64,000 bases of DNA from Gemmatimonadota bacterium (lineage in GTDB: Bacteria > Gemmatimonadota > Gemmatimonadetes > Palauibacterales > KS3-K002). The translations under genes were made by a program, and so were the position numbers. The notes under the pieces are model-generated. The model was not told the DNA's origin, did not search any database, and saw nothing but the letters and a program-made list of their open reading frames with translations. The stretch is from assembly GCA_039586795.1 (NCBI GenBank), contig JBDHJS010000011.1:32001-96000 (forward strand), written 5' to 3'. This document shows positions 1 through 9,921 of the stretch, piece after piece (the first letter of the stretch is position 1; every line of letters begins with the position of its first letter).

Positions 1-124
1 GCGCTTGCAACGTTATCGTCCACACCGGGAAGAACAGCGAGAGGATGAGGAGAGCTGCCGCGACACCCACGAGTACCCTCGAGGTGGGCGACAGATCTCC
101 TCGGAACAGATCGACCGTCGTCAT
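1..124 (-). CDS. nosB: NosB-like membrane protein of clade II nos clusters (5' part; runs off the window edge)
   Basis: Manual translation from the ATG at 124 gives MTTVDLFRGDLSPTSRVLVGVAAALLILSLFFPVWTITLQA. This is a TM helix followed by the P-x-W-x-I-x-L-x-A-P start motif typical of NosB. It lies downstream of nosZ. Confidence 0.75.
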   Translation of the reverse strand, partial: MTTVDLFRGDLSPTSRVLVGVAAALLILSLFFPVWTITLQA

Positions 125-126
125 CT

Positions 127-516
127 TCAGGTCCCCCCGCTGACCAATTTCGCGGCGAGCACAGCGGCCGTCCCTGATTTCACGTAGTATTGCCAGGCCA
201 TGTTCCCCATGTTGCCGGCCTTCACGTAGTCCTCAGCGTCGTATGCTTCTTTGGCTGCCGCCAGCGTCTTCTCGCCTTCGTCCGCCCAACGCTGCGCGTC
301 TTTCACCTGGTCCTTGGCCACGGCGTGCTCCTCGGCGCCGCCTTCGATCGCACTGGCGATGACGCTCTCGACTAGCGCCTTAACGCTGTCCGCCTGGGCG
401 ATCCAACTTTCCGCTTTGGCCTTTGGGTCCTGCTCTTGTTGCTGGGCGGGCACGCCCATCAAGGCGTGCCCACTCAACAGCAAGAGAACAGCGAGTGGAA
501 GTGCTAGCTTTCGCAT
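127..516 (-). CDS. Exported all-helical hypothetical protein inside the nos operon
   Basis: Signal peptide (MRKLALPLAVLLLLSGHALMG), AGGAG RBS, Ala/Glu/Lys-rich helical body; tightly packed between nosZ and nosB. Confidence 0.8.
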   Translation of the reverse strand: MRKLALPLAVLLLLSGHALMGVPAQQQEQDPKAKAESWIAQADSVKALVESVIASAIEGGAEEHAVAKDQVKDAQRWADEGEKTLAAAKEAYDAEDYVKAGNMGNMAWQYYVKSGTAAVLAAKLVSGGT

Positions 517-534
517 CGCTGATCTCCTTCTGGT

Positions 535-2484
535 TTACGGCTGCACGAACAAGTAACCCACCATCTCCAGATGCAGCGCCGAACAAAACTCACTGCAGTA
601 GAACGAGAAGACTCCGGACTGGTCGGCGACGAACTCGATCACTTCAGACTCGCCCGGTTCAAGACTGACGTTGATGTTGTACTTGTCGATGGCGAAGCCG
701 TGCGTCGCATCGCGGGTCGTTTCCAGGCTGGTCAAGTGAATGGTCACCCGATCGCCCTGCCGCACTGTGATGTGTTCCGGAATGAAGTGACTACGGATCG
801 CCGTCATGTAGACATCGACGTTGCGTCCGTTGCGCACGACACCCTCTTCACCCGACGATACCGCGTTCGGATCCGTCTCCATCGCGTGCGGGCTAAAGTC
901 TGGCGGATAGACGAGCCATGGGTCCAGCTTGTCCGCCTTGATGATCTGAGCGTAGTGCGGCTCGCCGATTCCGATCGGCATGTCGTACAGCAACTGCATC
1001 TGTTCACCGGTGATGTCGATCAACTGGAAGTTCTGCGGGTGCAGCGGGCCCACTGGCTGAAAGCGATCGATCGACCACTTGTTCAGCGCGACGATGTAGT
1101 TGCCATCCGGCGACCGGGTGTCACCCTCCGCCGCCGCCAGGTGCCCGATGTTGTAGTGGACGCCGATCTTCTCCTTCACGGTCCAATCCTCGAGGCTCCA
1201 GCGCACCACCGCCGATTCGATGAACAGCGACGTGTAGGCGCCGCCCCGGCCGTCGAACTGCGTGTGCAGGGGCCCGAGGCCCAACTCGACCTGCTGCTCC
1301 AAAACCGCGTCGAAGTCGAGGATCGGCACGCCGAACGGGTCGGTGCCCGAGTACGTCTGGTTGGCGATGGCGTCCTGGATCTTCTGGAACGAGTAAACCG
1401 ATACGTGGGGATCCAGCTTACCGGCCGTGACGATGAGGCGGCCGTCCGGCGTTACGTCGGCGCCGTGCGGGCTCTTGGGCTCCGGAATCAGGTAGAGCAG
1501 GCCTTCACGGATCGAGACCTCGAGGGGGATGACGTTCATCCCCTGAATCCGAACCACACCGGTGCCGGCCTGGAAGATCTCCTCGGCGCGGCGCCAGTTG
1601 ATGGCGTGCAGGTAATCCATGTCGTTGGCCGAGACGCCGGCCTCGAACGGAACGCCCGTCGTCTCGATGCCGCCGGTCGCCATCTCGCTGTTGAACGAGC
1701 CAAGAAACGCCCAACCATCGGACGGGCCCTTACCGGCGTCTGCCAGGTCCTGCCAGTAGGGCGGAAGCTCCAGCGTGAAGGTGCGGGACGGATCGATGCG
1801 GCCGGCTTCGCGATCGAACTTCCAGAACGTAGCCGCGCCGCGGTAGCGCTCCTGGTAATCGCTGATGGGTGCATATCTGCCATCCAGCGGAACCGCGTAC
1901 TGGCTCGACTCGATCACGTATTCCGTGTTCGGCGTCACGAACGTGGCGCCGTGGTCCGAACCCATGAGCGGGTTGGCGAGGATCTGCTTGGTCTCGAAGT
2001 CCTTGAGCGAGATCACCGCGACACGCGCGTTCGCCTTGTCGTCGATGAACAAGAACTCGCCGTCGTACTCGCCGTCCGTCTCCGAGATCGCCGGGTGGTG
2101 CGTGTCACCCCAAAGCACCTGCCTGCCATTGATGTCGCCCCCGGCGATCGCCTCCATCGTGCCGCCGGCGCCGTAGCCGAAGCCCTGCCAGGGCTCTGGC
2201 GTGAACGCCGCGATCACCTTGAGGAGGCGCATCGACGGGACGCCGATCACCAGCACCTGTCCCGAGTGCCCGCCCGACGAGAACATTACGTACTCGTCCA
2301 GCTGACCGGTCGGGATGTAGGTCTTGAGCGCCGCCGTGATGTCAGCCTCACTCAAGCCCCGATCGCTGGCGATCTGGCTCACAGATGCGCCCGCTGGACC
2401 GCGAGCACACGACTGCGGGCCCGCGATCGCAAACGCTACGACCGCCAGGGCCACCAGTCCCCAGACTGCGCCTTTTGGTTTCAT
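535..2484 (-). CDS. nosZ: Nitrous-oxide reductase, clade II (Sec-dependent)
   Basis: SSGGHSGQ, DTHHP, PHG, GPLH and EPH CuZ motifs; C-terminal CuA motif (HGF...CSEFCSALHLEM). No twin-arginine signal and no fused cytochrome c. Confidence 0.98.
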   Translation of the reverse strand: MKPKGAVWGLVALAVVAFAIAGPQSCARGPAGASVSQIASDRGLSEADITAALKTYIPTGQLDEYVMFSSGGHSGQVLVIGVPSMRLLKVIAAFTPEPWQGFGYGAGGTMEAIAGGDINGRQVLWGDTHHPAISETDGEYDGEFLFIDDKANARVAVISLKDFETKQILANPLMGSDHGATFVTPNTEYVIESSQYAVPLDGRYAPISDYQERYRGAATFWKFDREAGRIDPSRTFTLELPPYWQDLADAGKGPSDGWAFLGSFNSEMATGGIETTGVPFEAGVSANDMDYLHAINWRRAEEIFQAGTGVVRIQGMNVIPLEVSIREGLLYLIPEPKSPHGADVTPDGRLIVTAGKLDPHVSVYSFQKIQDAIANQTYSGTDPFGVPILDFDAVLEQQVELGLGPLHTQFDGRGGAYTSLFIESAVVRWSLEDWTVKEKIGVHYNIGHLAAAEGDTRSPDGNYIVALNKWSIDRFQPVGPLHPQNFQLIDITGEQMQLLYDMPIGIGEPHYAQIIKADKLDPWLVYPPDFSPHAMETDPNAVSSGEEGVVRNGRNVDVYMTAIRSHFIPEHITVRQGDRVTIHLTSLETTRDATHGFAIDKYNINVSLEPGESEVIEFVADQSGVFSFYCSEFCSALHLEMVGYLFVQP

Positions 2485-2528
2485 GGGCTCTTCACTCCCT
2501 GTTGATGGTTAGCGCTTTCATCGCACTT

Positions 2529-2984
2529 CTATTCACCATTGCTCTGGGAATCCTTGAGTCGGAAATACTCGAACAGCGCCAGCGCGTCTTCGCGTGTCAC
2601 GTTCTGATTCGCCATCGGCGTGAAGTACTCGGCTAGCATCTGCCTCGCGTCTTCGTTGTTCACCAACATCGAATCCGGGTTCACGATCATCGCGATGATG
2701 AACTCGGGGGTGCGACGCTGCGTGACGCCCAATAGGTCGGGCCCAACCAAGCGGCCGCCGCCGACGCGGTGGCAAGCCGTGCAGCCCTTCGACTGCATCA
2801 GACCCTCGCCTGTCGCCGCCAGTTGCTCATCGATTTCGCCGAACTCCATCTGGGACGCTGGAGCACTCGCTTCTGACGCCGCCTCGCCTGCTCCGCTGTC
2901 TGCGCTCCCTTCGCCACCTCCCCCACAGCCGAGCATGAGGGTCGCTGCGATCATCATCGCCATCTCAATCTTCATCACTCGCAT
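2529..2984 (-). CDS. Monoheme cytochrome c lipoprotein, probable NosZ electron donor
   Basis: Lipobox LMLGC, CTACH, VGPDL, distal Met in PMANQ; directly upstream of nosZ. Confidence 0.9.
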   Translation of the reverse strand: MRVMKIEMAMMIAATLMLGCGGGGEGSADSGAGEAASEASAPASQMEFGEIDEQLAATGEGLMQSKGCTACHRVGGGRLVGPDLLGVTQRRTPEFIIAMIVNPDSMLVNNEDARQMLAEYFTPMANQNVTREDALALFEYFRLKDSQSNGE

Positions 2985-3388
2985 TGATCCGCCTTGTCTA
3001 GCAGGTCCGCTAACGCTGTCTCACGGAAGAATTCGATCATCGGGTCCGAAGCGCTCTTCCAGCCGTCATGCAGCCGGCAGGGCGACTCGTCCGAGCACTC
3101 GCCACGCCCCAACACACACCCCTGACGCTGATCGAGAGGGTCGAACGGCCCGATCACGTCGCCGAGGGAAACGTCGGCGGCCGGCCGCGCCAGCTTGAAA
3201 CCGCCGCGGGGCCCCCGCTCCGACACCAGCACGCCCGCACGAGCCAGGGCGTGAAGGATCTTGGAGAGGTAGTTGGGCGGGAGCCCCACCTCAGCAGCGA
3301 TCTCGGAGGCGCGAACCGGCGCATCTTGTTGGTGTTGCGCGACATAGAGCACCGCACGAAGCGCGTATTGGTTGGTTTTCGAGATCAA
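2975..3388 (-). CDS. Rrf2-family transcriptional regulator with three Cys (possible Fe-S sensor)
   Basis: YALRA...YLSKIL..L...G...S.RG..GGF.LA winged-helix signature; CVLGRGECSDESPC; TTG start. Confidence 0.93.
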   Translation of the reverse strand: MISKTNQYALRAVLYVAQHQQDAPVRASEIAAEVGLPPNYLSKILHALARAGVLVSERGPRGGFKLARPAADVSLGDVIGPFDPLDQRQGCVLGRGECSDESPCRLHDGWKSASDPMIEFFRETALADLLDKADQCE

Positions 3389-3450
3389 TTAAGGTCCCGG
3401 TTAGGGCCGCACAGGTTTGACGTGTTTATCATGCTAATATGATCAATTAA
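3383..3450. promoter_or_regulatory. AT-rich promoter/operator region of the rrf2-nos unit
   Basis: Inverted repeat ATCAT-N6-ATGAT (3428-3443); GATCAATTAA occurs twice (3383-3392, 3441-3450). Confidence 0.4.
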
Positions 3451-3584
3451 CTTACGCAACCTTTTCTTCTTTCTCTCTCTAACCCCGATGTACGATGAGA
3501 ATCGGACGTCGAACGTCGATCGCCGAATTGTCCTCGACCGTCGAGCGCCGGCTGTCGGCTGTCCGCTGTCGAAATGTCGCGCCG

Positions 3585-4316
3585 TCAGGCGCGTCCATAC
3601 ACAGAAACGTGAGATGTACTTTGGGGCGTAAACGGCTCCCGTCTCCAGCCCCCCCACCGTTCTTTCAGCTCGAGCCCTGCGAGTCGCGCCATCAGATCGA
3701 GCTCCGAAGGCCAGGCGTAGCGAATCTTCAGCGGGTAGAACTTGTTCCCCTTTTCCGTCAATACCATGTGCCGGCTGGTCACCGTCTGTTTCACCGGATC
3801 GTGTACCGATGCCTCGATCCGTACCGCATCCGGTTCGTGTGATTCCATCCCGACGCGTTGATGGCGATCGAAACGAGAGAGGTCAGGAACAAATGCGTCC
3901 AGTACGAAGACCCCGTCGGCGCTAAGGTGCTCGGCCACGTTTCGGAAGCAGCGCAGCTGATCTTCCTGTGTGATCAGCGCGAAGATGGTGTTGAACGGTA
4001 TGAAGATGACACGGTAACGACCGTCCACCGGTATGTCCGCGAAATCGCCCATAGTGACAGGGATCTGATCTCCGCCCGGCTTCTCTCGCAGCTTTGCGAC
4101 CATATTATCCGAGCCGTCGATTCCGTGGACCTCGACGCCGCGCTCCTGGAGTGGTAGCGCGATGCGGCCGGTGCCGATCCCGAGTTCAAGGGCAGGGCCC
4201 TTCCCTGCTTTTTCGGCGATGAACTCCACGACGGCTTCTTTCTCGAGGGCGGGGTACCAGCCGTCGTAGACTTCCGCTATATGGTCGCCGTAGGTGGCCG
4301 CATCATAGTTTTCCAC
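3585..4316 (-). CDS. Class I SAM-dependent methyltransferase
   Basis: ALELGIGTGRI motif I, VHGID, GDF.D. Confidence 0.92.
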   Translation of the reverse strand: MENYDAATYGDHIAEVYDGWYPALEKEAVVEFIAEKAGKGPALELGIGTGRIALPLQERGVEVHGIDGSDNMVAKLREKPGGDQIPVTMGDFADIPVDGRYRVIFIPFNTIFALITQEDQLRCFRNVAEHLSADGVFVLDAFVPDLSRFDRHQRVGMESHEPDAVRIEASVHDPVKQTVTSRHMVLTEKGNKFYPLKIRYAWPSELDLMARLAGLELKERWGGWRREPFTPQSTSHVSVYGRA

Positions 4317-4360
4317 GTTCCGTTCCCCCTTACCTGCCGAGAACGAGTACTCGGCTTGCC

Positions 4361-5470
4361 ATGGCCCACATTCTGCACAGTTTCTCTGAACTTAGGCACG
4401 GAGGCAACCACTTGGCCACAACTCTACAAGAGATCCTGGACGCGCGAACACGCCCCGGCGAGCTCTACCAGCTCCTCGACGGCGAGAACAATATCCGTTG
4501 CTTCGCCTGCGGCCTCCGCTGCCTCATCCGCGCCGGCCGCCGCGGCGTCTGCCGGGTCCGCTACAACGACGCCGGCACTCTGCAAGTGCCTTCCGATTAC
4601 GTCGTCGCACTACAGTGCGACCCTATCGAAAAGAAGCCGTTCTATCACGCGCTCCCCGGCTCCGGCGCCCTCTCCTTCGGCATGCTCGGCTGCGATCTCC
4701 ACTGCGACTACTGCCAGAACTGGATCACGTCGCAGGCGTTGCGAGACGATGCAGCAGGCGTCGGACCGCGTGACATCAACTCCGACGAAATCGTCGATTT
4801 AGCGGCGAAACGTGACGCGCGCTTCGTCGTCTCCACGTACAACGAGCCGCTCATCACCAGCGAATGGGCGGCGGAGATTTTCGATAAAGCGAAGGCAAAG
4901 GGTTTCCGCACGGCCTACGTCTCCAACGGCAACGCCACGCCCGAGGCCCTCGACTACCTGCGACCCCGACTCGACGCCTTCAAGATCGATCTCAAGACGA
5001 TGAGCGATCGCAAGTACCGAAAGCTGGGCGGCGTTCTCCAACACATCCTCGATACGGTTCGCGAGGCGCACGCTCGGGGCTTCTGGGTCGAGGTCGTCAC
5101 CCTAGTCGTCCCCGGCTTCAACGATTCCGAGGCCGAGCTCGCGGACGCGGCAGAATTCGTCGCCTCCGTCTCGACCGATATCCCATGGCACGTCATCGCC
5201 TTCCACAAGGACTACCGGATGCAGGACCCGGCGGACACGACGGCCCGCCAACTTGTCCGCGCCGCCGAGATCGGCGCCAAGGCCGGGCTCGACTTCGTCT
5301 ACGCCGGGAATCTCCCGGGCCAGGTCGGTCGCTGGGAACACACCCACTGTCCGCACTGTGACCGCCGGCTCATCGAGCGCCTCGGTCACTCGGTCAGGCA
5401 CGATGAGCTTAGTCCGAGAGACGGTAACTGTCCGGGATGCGGGGTCGGGATACCGGGGATCTGGTCGTAG
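4361..5470 (+). CDS. amrS: AmmeMemoRadiSam-system radical SAM enzyme (true start probably near 4412)
   Basis: N-terminal C..C...C......G.C, DPIEKKPFYH, CDLHCDYCQNW, STYNEP, YAGNLPG and C-terminal CPHC/CPGC. Confidence 0.92.
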   Translation: MAHILHSFSELRHGGNHLATTLQEILDARTRPGELYQLLDGENNIRCFACGLRCLIRAGRRGVCRVRYNDAGTLQVPSDYVVALQCDPIEKKPFYHALPGSGALSFGMLGCDLHCDYCQNWITSQALRDDAAGVGPRDINSDEIVDLAAKRDARFVVSTYNEPLITSEWAAEIFDKAKAKGFRTAYVSNGNATPEALDYLRPRLDAFKIDLKTMSDRKYRKLGGVLQHILDTVREAHARGFWVEVVTLVVPGFNDSEAELADAAEFVASVSTDIPWHVIAFHKDYRMQDPADTTARQLVRAAEIGAKAGLDFVYAGNLPGQVGRWEHTHCPHCDRRLIERLGHSVRHDELSPRDGNCPGCGVGIPGIWS

Positions 5471-5653
5471 CCGGGCCTGCTTTTTGCAATTTTTATATAT
5501 ATAGAGTCTTTAGCCCGCGATCGGCCGGGCGCTTGAGCGTTGACGCCCCCTGCTCTGGAGGGAAGCAGCGGGCGCGGCTCGCCGATCGCTGGAGAGTAGT
5601 GTACGCCCGTCAGATGTCCCGTTTTGTCACACGCTGTCCATGAGGAGGCGGAG

Positions 5654-6700
5654 ATGGCAGGCATAGTAGGATACGGGGCCTTCATGCCCCGAAAGCGTAT
5701 CAAGACAGAAGAGATTGCCCGGCAATGGGGCAAGAACCCGGAGTCGATTAAGAGAGGCTTGCTGCTTCAGGAAAAGACGGTCCCCGGCTTCGACGAGGAC
5801 ACGATCACGATCTCCGTGGCGGCGGGTCGTGCCGCTTTGGACCGAGCCGGAATCGATCCACAGAAGGTTGGCGCACTCTACATCGGTTCCGAATCGCATC
5901 CCTACGCGGTGAAGCCGAGCGGCACGGTAGTATCTGAGGCGCTGGGTATCGGGCCGGAAGTTCACATCGCCGACTTCGAGTTCGCGTGCAAGGCGGGCAC
6001 TGAAGCGATGTTCGTCGCGCTCAGCCTGGTCGAAGCGGGTCAGATGGAGTACGCGATGGGGATCGGCGCCGACACATCGCAAGGCGCGCCTGACGACGCG
6101 CTGGAGTTCTCGGCTTCGGCGGGCGGCGCGGCGTACATCTTCGGCAAAGACAATCTCATCGCCGAAGTGCTCCACACGTACAGCTATACGACCGACACGC
6201 CGGACTTCTGGCGGCGCGAGGGTGAGTTCTACCCTCGGCATGGCGGCCGCTTCACCGGCGAGCCAGCGTACTTCACGCACGTGATGGGCGCTACGAGCGG
6301 CATTCTCGAGAGGACGGGTTATAAGCCCGAGCAGTTCGCTTACGTCGTCTTCCACATGCCGAACGGCAAGTTCCCGCTGTCGGTGGGCAAGAAGCTGGGC
6401 TTCAAGCAAGAGCAGCTGGAGACCGGCTGGATCGTCAACATGATGGGCAACACGTACTCCGGCTCTTCGCCCACCGGCCTGGCCGCGATCCTTGATGTGG
6501 CAAAGCCCGACGATCTGATCCTGATCACATCGTTCGGCTCTGGCGCCGGCAGCGACTCCTTCATCTTGAAGGCCACCGATCACCTGCCGAAGGTTCAGGG
6601 CCTCGCGCCAACCGTTCGCTCGATGCTCGATGGGCCACGCCAGTACGTGACCTACGGCGAGTACGCGAAGCTGCGCGAGAAGATCATCGTCAACGACTAG
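5654..6700 (+). CDS. Hydroxymethylglutaryl-CoA synthase, archaeal type
   Basis: GIVGYGA, GSESHPYAVKP, catalytic EFACKAGT, DTPDFWRR, FHMPNGKFP, GNTYSG, SFGSGAGSD; RBS GAGGAG before the ATG at 5654. Confidence 0.93.
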   Translation: MAGIVGYGAFMPRKRIKTEEIARQWGKNPESIKRGLLLQEKTVPGFDEDTITISVAAGRAALDRAGIDPQKVGALYIGSESHPYAVKPSGTVVSEALGIGPEVHIADFEFACKAGTEAMFVALSLVEAGQMEYAMGIGADTSQGAPDDALEFSASAGGAAYIFGKDNLIAEVLHTYSYTTDTPDFWRREGEFYPRHGGRFTGEPAYFTHVMGATSGILERTGYKPEQFAYVVFHMPNGKFPLSVGKKLGFKQEQLETGWIVNMMGNTYSGSSPTGLAAILDVAKPDDLILITSFGSGAGSDSFILKATDHLPKVQGLAPTVRSMLDGPRQYVTYGEYAKLREKIIVND

Positions 6701-6737
6701 AACGCCCGGTAAGACGGCGTAGCCATAGGAGGCAAAT

Positions 6738-7886
6738 ATGCGTGAGGTTGCGATCGTTGGAGCCGGGATGACCCGGTTCGGTGAACTCTGGAAACAGAGC
6801 TTACGTGATATGTTCGCCGAGGCGGCGAACGCCGCGCTCAGCGATGCCGGCGCCGATCACATCGATTCGCTCTACGTGGGATGCATGTCCGGCGGTCAGT
6901 TCGTGGGCCAGGAGCACCTGGGCCCGCTGATGGCCGACCAGATGGGAATGACCGGTATCCCGGCTGTGCACGTCGAGTCCGCCTGCGCGTCCGGCGGGAT
7001 CGCGCTGCGCTCGGCGTTCATGGAAGTAGCGTCGGGGATGAGCGATCTGGTGCTGGCGACAGGCATCGAGAAGATGAACGACGGCGCCGACGTGACGAAC
7101 GTGCTGGCTACGGCGGCGGACCAGGAGCTCGAGGTTTATCACGGCGTGACCTTCCCCGGTCTCTACGCCATGATCGCCCGGGCCCACATGACGAAGTACG
7201 GCACGACCGAAGAAGACCTGGCCTGGGTGTCGGTGAAGAACCATAAGCACGGCGCCATGAATGATAAGGCCCAGTTCCCCCTCGAGGTCACGGTCGAGCA
7301 GGTCCTGGCTTCCGCGATGGTGGCCGAGCCGCTTCGGATGCTCCACTGCTCTCCAGTGACCGACGGTGCGGCCGCCGTGCTGCTCTGCCCGCTCGACATG
7401 GCCAAAGAGTTCACCGACAACCCCGTGAAGATCATCGGCAGTGGCCTATCGACCGGTTCGCTGGCCCTGGCGGATCGTGCAGATCCCGCCTTCCTCGACT
7501 CGGTACAAAGTTCGGGCGAACAGGCCTTCAAGATGGCGGGCGTCGGACCGCGTGACGTGCACGTGGCCGAGGTTCACGACTGCTTCTCCATCGCCGAGAT
7601 CTGCTGTATCGAGGCGCTGGGTTTCGTCGACCAGGGCAAGGGTAACAAGGCCGCGCAGGAAGGTTTCACGGCCATCGGCGGCTGCATCCCGGTGAACACC
7701 AGCGGCGGCCTCAAGAGCAAAGGCCACCCGGTGGGCGCCACCGGCATCGCCCAGGCGATCGAAGTCTTCCGCCAGCTGCGCGGCGAAGCCGGCAAGCGCC
7801 AGGTCGAGAACGCCCACATCGGGCTCACTCAGAACATGGGTGGATCGGGCGCCAGCTCCGTCGTCCATATCTTCCAGGGGGTCTGA
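6738..7886 (+). CDS. Acetoacetyl-CoA thiolase, archaeal/SCP2-like type
   Basis: [33 protein letters not shown]. Confidence 0.93.
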   Translation: MREVAIVGAGMTRFGELWKQSLRDMFAEAANAALSDAGADHIDSLYVGCMSGGQFVGQEHLGPLMADQMGMTGIPAVHVESACASGGIALRSAFMEVASGMSDLVLATGIEKMNDGADVTNVLATAADQELEVYHGVTFPGLYAMIARAHMTKYGTTEEDLAWVSVKNHKHGAMNDKAQFPLEVTVEQVLASAMVAEPLRMLHCSPVTDGAAAVLLCPLDMAKEFTDNPVKIIGSGLSTGSLALADRADPAFLDSVQSSGEQAFKMAGVGPRDVHVAEVHDCFSIAEICCIEALGFVDQGKGNKAAQEGFTAIGGCIPVNTSGGLKSKGHPVGATGIAQAIEVFRQLRGEAGKRQVENAHIGLTQNMGGSGASSVVHIFQGV

Positions 7887-7888
7887 TC

Positions 7889-8290
7889 ATGCCGAGTCCT
7901 AGGTACTGGAGAGAGATACCCAACCGCTATCGCCTGGAGGCGGCGAAGTGCACGGGCTGCGGCAAGGTCGTCTTCCCGGCACGCCGCATCTGCCCCGCCT
8001 GTCGTGGCGAAGCGTTCGAGACGATCAACCTGACCCGCAAGGGCAAGGTCATCACGTCGACGGTGATCCACGTGCCGCCTGACGACTTCCTGATGGAAGC
8101 GCCGTACGCCATGGCGGTCATCGAGACCCCGGAGGGAGCGCGGTTGATGGCGCAGGTCGTTGACTGCGAACCGTCGTCGGTGATGCCAGGGATGGAGGTC
8201 GACCTGGAGTTTCGGCTCATCAGGAAGGAAGGAAACAGCGGGATCCTTTGCTACGGGCACAAAGGCGTGCCCGCCGCAAACGGAAGTTAG
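7889..8290 (+). CDS. DUF35 Zn-ribbon/OB-fold scaffold protein
   Basis: CTGC...FPARRICPAC Zn ribbon, OB fold, GILCYGHK tail; follows the thiolase. Confidence 0.92.
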   Translation: MPSPRYWREIPNRYRLEAAKCTGCGKVVFPARRICPACRGEAFETINLTRKGKVITSTVIHVPPDDFLMEAPYAMAVIETPEGARLMAQVVDCEPSSVMPGMEVDLEFRLIRKEGNSGILCYGHKGVPAANGS

Positions 8291-8313
8291 CAGGTCAAAC
8301 GGGAGACCGAACG

Positions 8314-8499
8314 ATGCACAAGATCCAGGTGTGGGCTGAGCTCAAAGACGAGCACTTCCACGCGTACGAGTTGGAGGCGAAGCGCCGCGGCGTGACCGTG
8401 GAGGAGCTCGTTCAGCACACGGTCAACTGCCTGCTGCGTGAACTCGAGGCGGAAGAAGAGGAAGGTGGCGGGCCCGATCACCTGATCAGCGCCAGCTGA
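8314..8499 (+). CDS. Small protein, possibly ribbon-helix-helix-like
   Basis: GGGAG RBS, ATG at 8314; a beta-strand followed by two helices (EAKRRGVTVEELVQ); 61 aa. Confidence 0.6.
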   Translation: MHKIQVWAELKDEHFHAYELEAKRRGVTVEELVQHTVNCLLRELEAEEEEGGGPDHLISAS

Positions 8500-8531
8500 G
8501 TTGTCCGGCTAGCCAGCCTTCAAGACGCGGA

Positions 8532-8573
8532 AACGGCCAGTGCCCCGGGGATCGAACCGGGGCACTGGCCGTT
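8532..8573. terminator. Bidirectional hairpin terminator between convergent genes
   Basis: Perfect 17-bp stem AACGGCCAGTGCCCCGG / CCGGGGCACTGGCCGTT with an 8-nt loop. Confidence 0.8.
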
Positions 8574-8622
8574 CCACATCGATGCCAGGCCCGTCCTCAA
8601 ACGGTGGGCCGTTGGCATGAGG

Positions 8623-9921
8623 CTAGGTCGAGAAGTCCCACTGAATTCTAAACCGCCACTGGTTTTGGTCTTGTAGGCCCGGGAAATCGAACTTGAAGTA
8701 CGTGATGTCCGTCGTCAGCTTGTTCGAGTGCCCGTTGAAGAACCAGTTGAACGCCAGCGAGAACTCCCGCAGCAGATCGTCCCCAAGATCGATGTCAGGG
8801 TTATAGAACGCGGCCTGGCCGGCGATCTCCAGTGGTTGGGGAAACGACTCAAACAGATAGTGGAAGAAGTAGCCCGCCTGGAAGTACAACCCAATCAACG
8901 TCCGCTCCGTGTTGTTGATCGTGTCATCGACGTTCTTCCAGTGAAACTCCTGCTGCCAGGCAAAGCCCTTGTACTTGAAGGCCGTCTCCTGGTACAGCTG
9001 GTTCACCCGGTACTGGCCGGGTTCACCGTCGTCGAAGCCGACCAGCTGACCGCCCCCTGAGGTCGAGAACCGTGTATACGGGCTCTGGTTTGTGACGGCG
9101 GCAAACGCCAGCACGCCCGCCGGCTGCTCGTGGTATTCCACGTCGGAACCCGTGAACGGGACCTGGCGGCCGAAGAAGTTCCACTGTCCGCGGAACATGT
9201 ACATCAGGTTCTCGTCGTCGTTCTCTCTGGCGCCGCGGCCCGTGCCGGTGAATACCGACACCCAGTAGTTGAAGTTGGCGGCGCCCCCGCCGTCCAAATT
9301 TCCGTAGAGCGACACGCCCTGCTGGCGGTCGATGGTGAACGCTCGGTTGACGATCGAGCGCTCCATCATCTGCTGCCGGCCCGACGAGATGATGCGCTCA
9401 CGGCTGTACTGGGCCTTCCACTGCCCGACCTTGAACCGCAGCTGTCGCCACTTTTCCAACATCAGGCGGAAGTCCAGCAGCACCGAATTCCCGACCTCGT
9501 ACTCCATGTAGTACTTCATCCAGGGCCGATAGGCGTTGCCCCCAATCTTGAGGCGGGAGCGATTCACCTTGAACAGGTGCTGATCCGGCGAAGTGAAGTC
9601 GTCGAAGGTGATCGGATCGGAGTCTCGTGGATAGGCGTAACGAAACTGCAGGCGGAGTTGGAGCTGCAACAGCCAGTTGCCATCCGGGCTCCCGAACTCG
9701 AATCCCTTGGATCCGTGACCAATGCGAAAAGCCGGCGCGCTCTGCTGGGCCGTGTCCGGAGTTTCGGAAACGGCCTCAACGGTATCCGCCCCAGCGGGGC
9801 CCTTTTCGGACTCCTGAGCAAGAGCCGGAGCCACACGGGTCACTGTGCCGAGCAGAATGACGAACAGCGCCAGTCCAATGTGCGGAAATGCTGACCGTAC
9901 TTCACGACGGGTCGCTTTCAA
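8623..9921 (-). CDS. OprO/OprP-family (phosphate-selective) porin
   Basis: Signal peptide; RLQFRY, RSRLKIGG, VGQWK..YSRE...SS..Q...ERS motifs; ends RIQWDF. Confidence 0.82.
   Translation of the reverse strand: MKATRREVRSAFPHIGLALFVILLGTVTRVAPALAQESEKGPAGADTVEAVSETPDTAQQSAPAFRIGHGSKGFEFGSPDGNWLLQLQLRLQFRYAYPRDSDPITFDDFTSPDQHLFKVNRSRLKIGGNAYRPWMKYYMEYEVGNSVLLDFRLMLEKWRQLRFKVGQWKAQYSRERIISSGRQQMMERSIVNRAFTIDRQQGVSLYGNLDGGGAANFNYWVSVFTGTGRGARENDDENLMYMFRGQWNFFGRQVPFTGSDVEYHEQPAGVLAFAAVTNQSPYTRFSTSGGGQLVGFDDGEPGQYRVNQLYQETAFKYKGFAWQQEFHWKNVDDTINNTERTLIGLYFQAGYFFHYLFESFPQPLEIAGQAAFYNPDIDLGDDLLREFSLAFNWFFNGHSNKLTTDITYFKFDFPGLQDQNQWRFRIQWDFST

Noticed and set aside
571..2505. 644-aa plus-strand ORF and many similar long antisense ORFs
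   Set aside because: Shadow frames of real high-GC genes (here nosZ); no motifs or RBS.
5654..8290. PhlABC-type acyltransferase
   Set aside because: The synthase retains the catalytic Cys and archaeal HMGCS motifs, and no phlD-like PKS is nearby.
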